NCBI GenBank assembly: GCA_963668625.2
Contig: CAXXKA010000008.1
Coordinates: 1,280,001 to 1,344,000 of the forward strand
Direction: 5' to 3'
DNA length: 64,000 nucleotides
Source of the DNA: an uncultured candidate division Zixibacteria bacterium
GTDB taxonomy: Bacteria; Zixibacteria; MSB-5A5; UBA10806; 4484-95
Of the stretch, positions 1 to 9,475 are shown piece after piece. Under the pieces are notes generated by a model, which had not been told where the DNA came from, did not search any database, and was given only the letters and a program-made list of their open reading frames with translations. A program made the translations under genes and the position numbers. Numbering within the stretch: position 1 is the stretch's first letter; each line of letters opens with the position of its first letter.

Positions 1-102
1 TTTGTATCGCCCGAAACTGACAACTCTTAAACCTTCATCGCTGACCGCGAATACTACATGGCCGTAGTCCTTATCCTCAATTTTATCGATATATAGCTTC
101 AT
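1..102 (-). CDS. Probable methylated-DNA--protein-cysteine methyltransferase, N-terminus only (runs off window)
   Basis: Manual translation MKLYIDKIEDKDYGHVVFAVSDEGLRVVSFGRYK resembles the Ogt N-terminus; ATG at 102; not in ORF track. Confidence 0.55.
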   Translation of the reverse strand, partial: MKLYIDKIEDKDYGHVVFAVSDEGLRVVSFGRYK

Positions 103-119
103 CCTATTTTCTCGTTTTA

Positions 120-1277
120 CTAGTTTCGATTCAGCCGTTGTGACCTTTTTATACGATTTTTAGCGTTTACATGTTCACGGTTACTCCTCGAAAATACATG
201 CGAACCATCGCCTTTAGCAACAAAATAAAGATAGTCTACAGAGGCCGGGTTGACCGCGGCCTCCAGCGAAGCTTTACCCGGCGAGCAAATCGGGCCGGGA
301 GGAAGGCCGTAGTATTTATATGTATTATATGGCGAGTCGATCTCAAGGTCTTTATACAGTAGTCTCTTTTTTCGCTTACCTAACGCGTAGATGACAGTCG
401 GGTCGCATTGAAGGCGATAGCCTTTTTTCAGGCGATTGTGATATACTGCCGAGATAGTCGGCCGTTCACGGTCGAGCATCGCCTCGCCCTCTATTAACGA
501 GGCCATGGTTATCGCCTCGTGAAAAGTCATACCCAGAGCTTTGGCTTTGGTCTCGAAATCCGGGGGAAGATTAGCCTTGAGCTGATTGGTCATCTTGGTA
601 ATTACCGATTGCGGTGTTTCGTTATAAAAGAAATTATATGTGTCCGGGAATAGATAACCCTCGAGATTATCGGAAGTAGTGATCGAAAAGCTATCGAGTA
701 ACTGCCTGTCGTTGCAAGCCTGCACGAACGCGTCATAGTCGAATTCCAGGTTATCGGCTAACACCTCCGCTATCTCTTTTATTTCCTGCCCCTCCAGTAC
801 GGTGACATTAAACGGTACCGCCGCGCCACGGGTCATTATATCGAAAATATCATGCAGGCTGTATCCCGGTTCGAGACCGTACCTGCCGGCTTTAAGATCG
901 GTAGCATGTCCCAGAATTTTCGAGAACAACATGAAATTGAACTCGGTGGATATCGCGCCCATTTTCTGAAGGTTATATGCTATATCGTAGGTCGTGTCGC
1001 CTCGTTTGACTATCAGGTATTTGGTTTGATCTCCGAATTCGGAGGTTTGACATGGCGTATAATAAGTGTATACACCGAATACGAAGATCAAAATAACACA
1101 TAAAACGGCTATTCTTACGGCGAATTTCATAACTCTGGAATATCTCCCTTTAAACAGTAATGATAGTGTAGAGGCTAGTACCACCACGATCGAGACAATA
1201 AAGCCAAGCAGGTTGGATAACCACCAGTACAGCTTATCTTTAGCCTCGAACTCGTAACCATCACCTTTTTTTACCAT
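120..1277 (-). CDS. mltG: Endolytic transglycosylase MltG (YceG family)
   Basis: LEGYLFPDTY, ASLIEGE, NRL..G..LQCDPT, DSPYNTY, GLPPGPI and YLYFV motifs; N-terminal TM. Confidence 0.95.
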   Translation of the reverse strand: MVKKGDGYEFEAKDKLYWWLSNLLGFIVSIVVVLASTLSLLFKGRYSRVMKFAVRIAVLCVILIFVFGVYTYYTPCQTSEFGDQTKYLIVKRGDTTYDIAYNLQKMGAISTEFNFMLFSKILGHATDLKAGRYGLEPGYSLHDIFDIMTRGAAVPFNVTVLEGQEIKEIAEVLADNLEFDYDAFVQACNDRQLLDSFSITTSDNLEGYLFPDTYNFFYNETPQSVITKMTNQLKANLPPDFETKAKALGMTFHEAITMASLIEGEAMLDRERPTISAVYHNRLKKGYRLQCDPTVIYALGKRKKRLLYKDLEIDSPYNTYKYYGLPPGPICSPGKASLEAAVNPASVDYLYFVAKGDGSHVFSRSNREHVNAKNRIKRSQRLNRN

Positions 1278-1671
1278 CTAAAAACGCCTGCAATATAATC
1301 GTGGCTGCGACTTCATCGATTCGACCCTTCTTTACCTTTCGCCCCGAGGCGTGAATCTGCCGGGCCGCCTCTACCGTGGTCAGTCGCTCATCCATGAAAT
1401 TTATGGGATGTTTAGTTTGCTCTTTAAGCGTCTCGGCTAACTTTTCGGCTTTATTAGTCATGAACCCTTTCGAGCCGTTCATGTTTAACGGTAAACCGAT
1501 AACGAACTCGCCAACTCCCTCTTTGCCGGCAATTGTCATCAGGTTTTCTACCAGCACTTTGTAACTGGTAAACTGTAAAAAACCATATCCGCTGGCCAAT
1601 GATCTCGATGGATCGGAGATGGCGATACCAACTCTGGCTGCGCCCATATCAATACCAATTACTCTACTCAT
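1261..1671 (-). CDS. ruvX: YqgF/RuvX RNase H-fold nuclease
   Basis: IGIDMGAARVGIAISD, GLPLNMNG, DERLTT, IDEVAATIILQ; start moved to the MSRV ATG at 1671. Confidence 0.93.
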   Translation of the reverse strand: MSRVIGIDMGAARVGIAISDPSRSLASGYGFLQFTSYKVLVENLMTIAGKEGVGEFVIGLPLNMNGSKGFMTNKAEKLAETLKEQTKHPINFMDERLTTVEAARQIHASGRKVKKGRIDEVAATIILQAFLDGKKR

Positions 1672-2227
1672 TTGGGTTTGGCAACTTTCCTGTTTTAAGA
1701 TATTGTTTATACTCATTAAGAGCCCTGATATGTGACTCGAAGGCGAGGTTTTTCGGTAAATCATTAAGCGAGAAAAACTTTAACTCACTGGCATCATCCC
1801 CTGCCTCCATCTTTCCGCCAATTTGTTTAACCAGATAGAGTATTAAAATCGCCCTGGTGCGGGGATCATCAGTGCCCGAGTAAACTTTAAACGAGCTGAA
1901 TACCTCTACATCCAGTCCGGTTTCCTCCTTGACCTCACGGATGGCACAATTAGCGGGGGACTCGCCCCATTCCATGAAACCGGCGGGAAAACTCCAATAT
2001 CCCTCCCGAGGAGGGTACTTTCTTTTAACCAGTAAAATTCTATCGTCCTCAACTATAAAACCGCCGGCTGCCGGTACCGGGTTTTTATAATGGATAAAAT
2101 CGCATTCGGGGCAGTGTTGGCGTGTTTTACCATCGATATGCCTGTCAACGAGTTTTGTCGAACACCAAGGGCAATACGTGTAATTTCTATCTGGAACTAA
2201 TTTATGGTCGCCATTAATTTCATTCAT
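1664..2227 (-). CDS. NUDIX hydrolase with N-terminal zinc ribbon
   Basis: CPWC..CPEC, Nudix box GFMEWGESPANCAIREVKEETG, AGDDA. Confidence 0.9.
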   Translation of the reverse strand: MNEINGDHKLVPDRNYTYCPWCSTKLVDRHIDGKTRQHCPECDFIHYKNPVPAAGGFIVEDDRILLVKRKYPPREGYWSFPAGFMEWGESPANCAIREVKEETGLDVEVFSSFKVYSGTDDPRTRAILILYLVKQIGGKMEAGDDASELKFFSLNDLPKNLAFESHIRALNEYKQYLKTGKLPNPNE

Positions 2228-2585
2228 ATCAAATTGATCCCTGGTTTATCGAATTATTATCCGAAATACCATCCTGTTTTATAATCTTAACGAATTCTCC
2301 ATTCGGCGATATTATAAGGTATTTAAACGGTTTAATCAAGGTCTATCGCCACGAAGTAAAACCTAAAAATATTGTAACTTAACAGCCCGGATTTATATAC
2401 GCAGTGCCTATATATAATGCGGATACTAAATTCATAAATTCCTTTCAATCATAATATTAGTAAACAGCTTCATAATACGATTACGCACAATTTAGTGATC
2501 GATTTCACTTGCGGATAATGTGCGTTTTAATTATGTTAACCATGGTCTTGATAAGTACCCAATGATTTTATCAGGAAGGTGAACG

Positions 2586-3797
2586 ATGAGTGAGATGGCA
2601 AATGATATAAAAAATCTTGTTGAAAGCTGGCAGTTTTCCAGAAAAGCAATCGAACAGAAAAGTTCAATTATCCGTGAGATATTGAAAGATTCCTCCAAGC
2701 CCGGCGTTATCAATTTCGGCGGAGGACTCCCCGCCCCCGACCTGTTTCCCGTTGATTTGATTCAACAATCATGTGAATCGGTATTGAAAGAAAACGGAAC
2801 GTTGGCGCTTCAGTATTCACTTACGACCGGCGTGCAGCAACTTAAAGAAGCCATCGTGGAGCGTTACGCTAAACAGGGTGTCGAATTGACCCCGGAGGAA
2901 GTACAGATCACCGGTGGCTCTCAGCAGGGGCTGGATGTTATAGCTAGAGTGTTTTTAGAGCCCGGTGCCGTAGTACTGACCGAAACCCCTACTTACCTCG
3001 GGATGCTTCAGGCGTTTTCGTTTTATGGCGTGAAATACGTTTCAGTAGATACTGATGATAACGGTGTGATCCCTGAGGATATCGAGGCAAAGATTAAGAA
3101 GCATAGTCCTCGATTGATCTATCTCGTGTCGACATTCCAGAATCCGACCGGTATTACGATCTCCGATGAGCGGCGTATTAAGATCGTGGAGATAGCCCGG
3201 AAATATAATATTCCGATTATCGATGATAACCCTTACGGCGAGATTCGCTTCGCCGGTGAAGAGGTCAAGCCTCTCAAGTATTATGGCAAGGGTCATGTTA
3301 TCGAGTTGGGAACGTTCTCGAAACTTCTGGCGCCCGGTTTACGAGTTGCCTGGATCGTATCCAACCCGTTTGTCCAACCGATCATCGAGAGAATGAAACA
3401 GGCAATGGATCTTCACAGCGCCACCTTCAACCAGTATGTCATCGCGGACTTTATCAACAAGGGCCACCTCGAGAGACATATCGAGTTGATCAAAAAAGTA
3501 TACGGTAAAAAACGTGATTGCATGATAAAGATGCTGGAGAAGTACTTCGGTGATAAGGTTAGCTGGACCACTCCCGAGGGCGGGCTTTTCCTATGGATTA
3601 AAACTCCCGACCATCTGAGCGCCACCGAGATGTTGCCAAAAGCCATCGCCGCAAAAGTGGCATATGTCCCCGGCAAGTTTTTCTACAGCGCCGAACAGGA
3701 TGACTCGACGATGCGTTTGAATTTCTGTAATGCTACGGAGGAGAATATAGAGGAAGGGTTAAAGCGTTTAGCAAGTGTCGTTGAATCTGTAAATTAA
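2586..3797 (+). CDS. PLP-dependent aminotransferase, class I/II (LysN/MocR-like subgroup)
   Basis: SSIIRE, FGGGLP, FQNPTG, DDNPYG, GTFSKLLAPGLR, PEGGLFLW. Confidence 0.9.
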   Translation: MSEMANDIKNLVESWQFSRKAIEQKSSIIREILKDSSKPGVINFGGGLPAPDLFPVDLIQQSCESVLKENGTLALQYSLTTGVQQLKEAIVERYAKQGVELTPEEVQITGGSQQGLDVIARVFLEPGAVVLTETPTYLGMLQAFSFYGVKYVSVDTDDNGVIPEDIEAKIKKHSPRLIYLVSTFQNPTGITISDERRIKIVEIARKYNIPIIDDNPYGEIRFAGEEVKPLKYYGKGHVIELGTFSKLLAPGLRVAWIVSNPFVQPIIERMKQAMDLHSATFNQYVIADFINKGHLERHIELIKKVYGKKRDCMIKMLEKYFGDKVSWTTPEGGLFLWIKTPDHLSATEMLPKAIAAKVAYVPGKFFYSAEQDDSTMRLNFCNATEENIEEGLKRLASVVESVN

Positions 3798-3822
3798 CCT
3801 TTTTGTACGTTTTATCTTATTT

Positions 3823-4659
3823 ATGAAATTACCTTTCATTAAATTGGAGGGGCTGGGCAATTGTTATATTTTTGCCGAGGCTCAAAAAGTCTCCAAAATA
3901 AACCATCGCAAGCTGGCTATAGCTATATCCAGGATCTCCACCGGCATCGGCGCGGATGGGCTGATAATCGTAGATACGCGCAAGGAACCGCACCGGATGA
4001 CAATATTCAATCGGGATGGTTCGGAGGCGGAGCTTTGCGGTAACGGCCTTCGGCAAGCGGCCCTGTTCATAAGGAAATGTAATAAATCGAATAAAAAGAA
4101 ATTTATCCTGAAAACCATTACCGGAAAATTCCAGGCTGAGATTAAATCGATCAAAGGTAATAAAGCCAATGTCAGAACCTCGCTCGGTTCGCCTGATTTC
4201 TCGGCGGAGGCGATTGGTTTGAAAGCCTCTAAGGGGCTGGCGTTCGATATTGATCTGGTAATCGGTAAACGAAAAAAATATCCGGCCGATTGCGTGAGTT
4301 TCGGAAACCCTCATGCAGTAATATGGGTTAATAATTTTGATTTCGATTGGGAAACAACAGGGGCATCATTAAGCAAACATCCTATGTTTTCCGATGGTAC
4401 GAATGTACATTTTTGCCGCGTAGTAAATTCCAGGCGTTTTCAAATGATGATATATGAACGCGGATCTGGAGTAACTATGGCTTGTGGGAGCGGCGCCGCG
4501 GCCTGCTTTGCCGCCGGTGTGATGAAGAGCAAGCTTGGCCGGAATGTAGTTGCGGAAATGCCGGGGGGCAATCTCAAACTTACGTGGGACATGAGCGAGA
4601 GCCTGATTTATCAGGAGGGGCCCGTATCGATTGTCTGCGTCGGAGAATATTTCATTTGA
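3823..4659 (+). CDS. dapF: Diaminopimelate epimerase
   Basis: GLGN, GIGADG, N.DGSEAELCGNG, GNPH, ERGSGVTMACGSG. Confidence 0.93.
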   Translation: MKLPFIKLEGLGNCYIFAEAQKVSKINHRKLAIAISRISTGIGADGLIIVDTRKEPHRMTIFNRDGSEAELCGNGLRQAALFIRKCNKSNKKKFILKTITGKFQAEIKSIKGNKANVRTSLGSPDFSAEAIGLKASKGLAFDIDLVIGKRKKYPADCVSFGNPHAVIWVNNFDFDWETTGASLSKHPMFSDGTNVHFCRVVNSRRFQMMIYERGSGVTMACGSGAAACFAAGVMKSKLGRNVVAEMPGGNLKLTWDMSESLIYQEGPVSIVCVGEYFI

Positions 4660-6368
4660 ACAGATTTAAAGAACATATAAGCCGTCAATTGGCAAAGGCA
4701 ACCTCTTTGCCGAACGCGGATTTCATGAACACTCTGGTTATTCCACCCAAGGATGATTGGGGTGATTACGGCTGGCCGTGTTTCAGCCTGGCCAAAACGA
4801 TGAGAATGGCGCCGCCCAAGATAGCCTCGGAGCTATCACAGAAAATTACTTCTGATGATTATATAGAAAATGTATCCTCGGAAGGGCCTTATATAAATTT
4901 CACACTCAGGAAAAACGTCGTCATCGATGATGTTTGCCGCAAGATATTCGCTGAGGCCGAGAACTATGGAAGTTCCGATTTGGGTAATGGTCGGAGAGTT
5001 ATACTGGAATACTCCTCGCCGAATATCGCCAAACCCATGTCAATCGGTCATCTAAGAGCAACGATACTGGGCGCCGCGCTCAAGCGAATCTATGAGTACC
5101 TGGGCTATGATGTCGTAAGCATCAACCATCTGGGCGACTGGGGCACACAGTTTGGCAAACTGGTTTTAGCCTACCGCAAATGGGCTGATCCGGAAGCGAT
5201 GAAAATCGATCCGATCAAGGAACTGTTCAGGATTTACGTCCAGCTTCACGAGGAAGCCGAACAGGATAAAACGCTAGAGGATGAGGCGCGGACTATATTC
5301 CGGAAACTGGAGCAGGGCGATCCGGAGATCAAAAAAATATGGAACGATTTTATAGATTTAAGTTGGAAAGAGTTCGACCGCATTTACGCTATATTAGGAG
5401 TCAAATTCGACTCCGTTGCCGGCGAGTCTTTCTACCAGGATAAGATAGATGATATCGTAAAGCTTTTAGAGGATAAAAAGCTTTCCACGGAAAGCCAGGG
5501 GGCGCTCATAGTGCCTCTGGATGATTACAAGCTCGAGCCTTTACTTCTGAAGAAGAAAGACGGCTCAACGCTTTATGCTACCCGTGATTTGGCGGCGGCC
5601 GTGTATCGTCATGACGAATACGATTTCGATAAGATGATATATGTTGTCGGAGTCGCCCAGTCGCTTCATTTCAAGCAATTTTTCAAAGTATTGGAACTGG
5701 CCGGTTTCGATTGGGTGAAAAATTGTCAGCATGTCGATTTTGGCTGGGTGAAGCTCGGTAGCGAAATGATGTCAACCCGGAAGGGCAATATCGTGTTCGT
5801 TCAGGATGTTTTGGACAGCTCGATTGACAAGGCAAGCCGAATCATGGCCGAAAGTAAATTCGAACTGGAAAACGCCGAGGAGATATCTAGCCAGGTTGGC
5901 ATAGGCGCGATTATATTCGCCAATCTTTCGGTAAAACGTCAAACCGATGTCTCGTTCGATTGGGAAAAAATACTGGATTTTAACGGCTACTCGGGACCGT
6001 ATCTTCAGTATGCTCATGCCCGCCTGTGCAGTGTATTGAGGAAACATAAAGGCGAGCCGCACGTAGAGGCAGACTATGGATTGTTGGATTTACCCGAGGA
6101 ATACAAACTTGCCAGGATGCTTCTTGATTACCCTGAGAAGGTTGCCGATGCAGCCGCTCATAACGAACCGTATATCATATCCGCTTATCTTCTCGAATTA
6201 GTCGGTTTGTTCTCCACTTACTATCAGAAATACAAATCCGCCAGGGATAAAATATTATCTGATGACGATAAATTAAGAGCAGCAAAAGTAAATTTAACTT
6301 ACTGCATAAAAACCGTAGTGGGATCGGGCTTGAGCCTTCTGGGGCTGAAGGCGCCCGAAAAAATGTAA
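4656..6368 (+). CDS. argS: Arginine--tRNA ligase
   Basis: SSPNIAKPMSIGH, GDWGTQFG, DGSTLYATRD, MSTRKGN, YLQYAHAR; likely TTG start overlapping the dapF stop. Confidence 0.96.
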   Translation: MNRFKEHISRQLAKATSLPNADFMNTLVIPPKDDWGDYGWPCFSLAKTMRMAPPKIASELSQKITSDDYIENVSSEGPYINFTLRKNVVIDDVCRKIFAEAENYGSSDLGNGRRVILEYSSPNIAKPMSIGHLRATILGAALKRIYEYLGYDVVSINHLGDWGTQFGKLVLAYRKWADPEAMKIDPIKELFRIYVQLHEEAEQDKTLEDEARTIFRKLEQGDPEIKKIWNDFIDLSWKEFDRIYAILGVKFDSVAGESFYQDKIDDIVKLLEDKKLSTESQGALIVPLDDYKLEPLLLKKKDGSTLYATRDLAAAVYRHDEYDFDKMIYVVGVAQSLHFKQFFKVLELAGFDWVKNCQHVDFGWVKLGSEMMSTRKGNIVFVQDVLDSSIDKASRIMAESKFELENAEEISSQVGIGAIIFANLSVKRQTDVSFDWEKILDFNGYSGPYLQYAHARLCSVLRKHKGEPHVEADYGLLDLPEEYKLARMLLDYPEKVADAAAHNEPYIISAYLLELVGLFSTYYQKYKSARDKILSDDDKLRAAKVNLTYCIKTVVGSGLSLLGLKAPEKM

Positions 6369-6409
6369 AAAAAAGAGATGGGATAAATTTTAATCAAAGT
6401 TAAGACTCT

Positions 6410-7795
6410 ATGGACAAAATAATCAAACCTGCAAAAAGAATTGTCGGCAAGATGCGTCTCCTGGGAGACAAATCAATCTCTCATCGCGCGGCGATTCTGG
6501 GGGCATTAGCTAAGGGAGACACAACGCTGGTCAATTACAGCACCAGCCAGGAATTTAAATCAACATTGCAATGTCTTACGCAACTGGGCGTAGAGATCGA
6601 ATACGTCGAGGATGCCGAACAGCCGACTCTTACCATTCACGGTAAAGGTATCGAGGGACTTCATCAGCCGGAGAGCCAGCTTGATGCCGGTAATTCGAGC
6701 GCTACAGTTCGCTTGATGATGGGGTTGGCGGCCGCCTGCCCATTCGAGGTAGAGTTCGTCGGTTCGGACCAGCTAAAATCACGCCCAATGCTTCGCGTGA
6801 TCGAGCCGCTCGAAAAGATGGGCGCTACTATCGAAAGCGATAACTACAGGGTACCGGTAAGGGTACTCGGGGGCAACCTGCAGGCGATTCGGTATATCAT
6901 GCCGCTCTCGACCTCCCAGGTCAAGGGAACTGTCTTTACAGCCGGTTTGTTTGCCGAGGGTACGACAGAGTTGATCGAAAGAATTCCCTCGCGCGACCAT
7001 TACGAGAGATTGATGGTTCAGTTGGGGATCAAATTCAAGAAAGAAAAAATACTGCCGCCGCAACCCAGGGATGACGAGGATGAACTCGAACGCCGCCTGA
7101 AAAAACTGACCAAGAACAATGTTTTAGAACCTCGTGGTGATCTGTATAAGTTGCAGGGCGGTCAGGTTCCCAAACCCGGTACGACACTGGTTATTCCCGG
7201 CGATATTTCGGCCTCGGCGCTGTTTACCTCAGCCGCCGTACTTGTCAAAGACTCCGACCTGGTAATCGATGATGTTTGTTTGAATCCGACTCGTATAGGT
7301 TATCTGGATATTCTCGATAAGATGCGAGCGGTTATCAAATTCGATGCCAGTTCACGTATGGGATACGAGCCTACCGGAACCATAATGGCTAAGTACGGGC
7401 CTCTTAAAGGTCGACGTATCGTTGGCGAGACTATTCCTACTATCATCGATGAGTTGCCGATTATGGCTATTATAGCCTCTCAGGCTCAGGGTACTACCGT
7501 CATTCGCGATGCTTTCGAGTTACGCCATAAAGAAACCGACCGTATCAAGCTGGTAGTATCTAACCTTCGCAAGATGGGCGCTCGTATCGGCGAACTGGAG
7601 GATGGCATGGCCATTGACGGTGGTTCCGAACTCGAGGGCGCTGAGATTTCCACCTATGGCGATCATCGCATAGCTATGGCTTTTGCTATTGCCGGTCTGA
7701 TTGCAAAGGGCGAGACCGTTATCAAGGATGCCGATTGCGTGACTACCTCGCATCCGTCGTTCTGGGAAGATCTCGAATCGATAGTGGAGTACTAG
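6410..7795 (+). CDS. aroA: EPSP synthase family protein (class II-like, divergent)
   Basis: GDKSISHR, RPM.RV, RDHYE, PGDIS, NPTR, IDELP, ELRHKETDR, DHRIAM. Confidence 0.85.
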   Translation: MDKIIKPAKRIVGKMRLLGDKSISHRAAILGALAKGDTTLVNYSTSQEFKSTLQCLTQLGVEIEYVEDAEQPTLTIHGKGIEGLHQPESQLDAGNSSATVRLMMGLAAACPFEVEFVGSDQLKSRPMLRVIEPLEKMGATIESDNYRVPVRVLGGNLQAIRYIMPLSTSQVKGTVFTAGLFAEGTTELIERIPSRDHYERLMVQLGIKFKKEKILPPQPRDDEDELERRLKKLTKNNVLEPRGDLYKLQGGQVPKPGTTLVIPGDISASALFTSAAVLVKDSDLVIDDVCLNPTRIGYLDILDKMRAVIKFDASSRMGYEPTGTIMAKYGPLKGRRIVGETIPTIIDELPIMAIIASQAQGTTVIRDAFELRHKETDRIKLVVSNLRKMGARIGELEDGMAIDGGSELEGAEISTYGDHRIAMAFAIAGLIAKGETVIKDADCVTTSHPSFWEDLESIVEY

Positions 7796-7805
7796 CGAGG
7801 GCCGC

Positions 7806-8264
7806 TTGTCAAACGACACCCATGCGCCTATCATCTCATTGAAAGCCAGTTTATTCGAGGGAATAAAGCAGGGTTTCTACGCGTTCTATTCGCTTCTTAA
7901 AGTAATGATACCGGTGTATATCATTATCGCGATTATGAAAGAACTGGGGGTCGTCGAATGGATGGCGATAGTTTTTTCACCCTATATGAAATATTTCGGT
8001 TTACCCGGCGAGGCGGCGCTGGTAATCGTTTCGGGCTGGACCGTTAATCTCTATGGAGCAATTGCCGCCCTGGCGGGGCTGAGTTTCACCGCTCGCCAGG
8101 TGACGATATTGGGGATCATGTTGGGGATAACACACTCACTGGTTATGGAAACAGCTATAATAACCCGGATGAAAGGCCGACCCCTGATAGTTCTGTTGTT
8201 CAGGCTCGGGATGGGGCTAATCGCCGGTTTCGTGATGAACTTGATATTACCGTATAGACTATGA
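7806..8264 (+). CDS. Nucleoside-recognition GATE-domain membrane protein (SpmA/B-like)
   Basis: Hydrophobic; PYMKYFGLPGEAA, NLYGAI, HSL..E. Confidence 0.75.
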   Translation: MSNDTHAPIISLKASLFEGIKQGFYAFYSLLKVMIPVYIIIAIMKELGVVEWMAIVFSPYMKYFGLPGEAALVIVSGWTVNLYGAIAALAGLSFTARQVTILGIMLGITHSLVMETAIITRMKGRPLIVLLFRLGMGLIAGFVMNLILPYRL

Positions 8265-8701
8265 TGGAATTCACACTGTATACGGCGCTGGGTTTGACTC
8301 GACTGCTATTGTTGGTGTTTTCTATTATAATGCCGCTGATGATAGCGCTGGAGCTTTTTCGTTATTACGGCTTACTGGGCAAACTGGTAAAGATCGTAAC
8401 ACCATTGACACGCAGGTTGGGATATCAGCCCGATTCGGTTTATCCGCTTTTAGCAGGCGTGATATTCGGTATCTCATACGGTGGCGGAGTGTTGATCGGC
8501 GAGTCGCGGAAAGGTAATATTGTCGGACAGCAGGCGTTTTTAATCGCGTTGTTTTTAGCTATCTGCCATGCCGTGGTTGAGGATACGTTGTTGTTCGTTG
8601 CCCAGGGCGCTAATTGGTGGATCTTGATATCGACTCGTCTGGTTTTGGCGACTCTTCTGACGCTTGCCGGATCATTCATGTTAAAAAGAGGCTGGCTATG
8701 A
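8261..8701 (+). CDS. Nucleoside-recognition GATE-domain membrane protein (partner)
   Basis: G..FGISYGGG, ICHAVVEDT; ATGA overlap with the upstream gene. Confidence 0.75.
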   Translation: MMEFTLYTALGLTRLLLLVFSIIMPLMIALELFRYYGLLGKLVKIVTPLTRRLGYQPDSVYPLLAGVIFGISYGGGVLIGESRKGNIVGQQAFLIALFLAICHAVVEDTLLFVAQGANWWILISTRLVLATLLTLAGSFMLKRGWL

Positions 8702-9072
8702 AAAAAACAGGCGATCTGGGCGAGGAACTTGCCGTGGCCTATCTCGAACGTAAAGGTTATCGGATTTTAAAACGCAACTGGCGGGGTGTGAAAGGAATGC
8801 GCGCACCAGAACTGGATATTATCGCTAGCGATAATGGTGTAATCGTTTTCGTCGAGGTGAAAACATCGACCACCAACAAGTTCGGTCGGCCACAGGAATG
8901 GATTACCGATATGAAAAAGAAACGTTTAGTACAGGCCGCCGAAATTTACCTGGCTACATTCGATGATAATCCGGAGGCCACGCGTTTCGATGCCGTCGTA
9001 GTGGATAAAAGCGTCGAACCGCCGGAAATAGTTCATATAGTTAATGCTTTTTCGATATCGGATATAAGCTGA
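8698..9072 (+). CDS. yraN: YraN family endonuclease
   Basis: GEELA..YL..KGY.IL.RNW, ELDII, VFVEVKT, RFD; start at the ATGA overlap. Confidence 0.92.
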   Translation: MKKTGDLGEELAVAYLERKGYRILKRNWRGVKGMRAPELDIIASDNGVIVFVEVKTSTTNKFGRPQEWITDMKKKRLVQAAEIYLATFDDNPEATRFDAVVVDKSVEPPEIVHIVNAFSISDIS

Positions 9073-9082
9073 TAAATTTTCG

Positions 9083-9475
9083 TTATTTATTAAGCTTGTT
9101 CAATGTCAGTTCTTTAATCATGAAATTCAGTGAATCTTTAGGTAACTCCCTATACGCTTTTAATTGCTTTAAAATGCGCTGATATATCTCGTTTTGAAGA
9201 TCGGGGTTGGATGATATCTTATCTTTGAAATTGATGAATTCTTCTTTACTGATTCCGTTACGTTTAAATATTTCGTTTTCCGTTTTTTCTATTATTTTGC
9301 TGTTCGTATCATATTTGGATTTTACCAACACCAGATCGGTATATATATTGATAAATGTGGTTTTCTCATCCTCGGAAACACTATCCCCGAAATATGAACA
9401 GGCGCTTAACAACAAAAGCGCGATAAAAAAAGCCCCGGTTGCCCGGGGCATAATCTTACGATCCGTATATTTCAT
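9083..9475 (-). CDS. Hypothetical lipoprotein (DUF4296-like)
   Basis: Lipobox LLSAC; helical body; overlaps the PPIase stop. Confidence 0.6.
   Translation of the reverse strand: MKYTDRKIMPRATGAFFIALLLLSACSYFGDSVSEDEKTTFINIYTDLVLVKSKYDTNSKIIEKTENEIFKRNGISKEEFINFKDKISSNPDLQNEIYQRILKQLKAYRELPKDSLNFMIKELTLNKLNK

Noticed and set aside
4482-4655. N-terminal extension of ArgS in the ORF track
   Set aside because: It overlaps dapF in another frame; the TTG at 4656 gives a normal ArgS.
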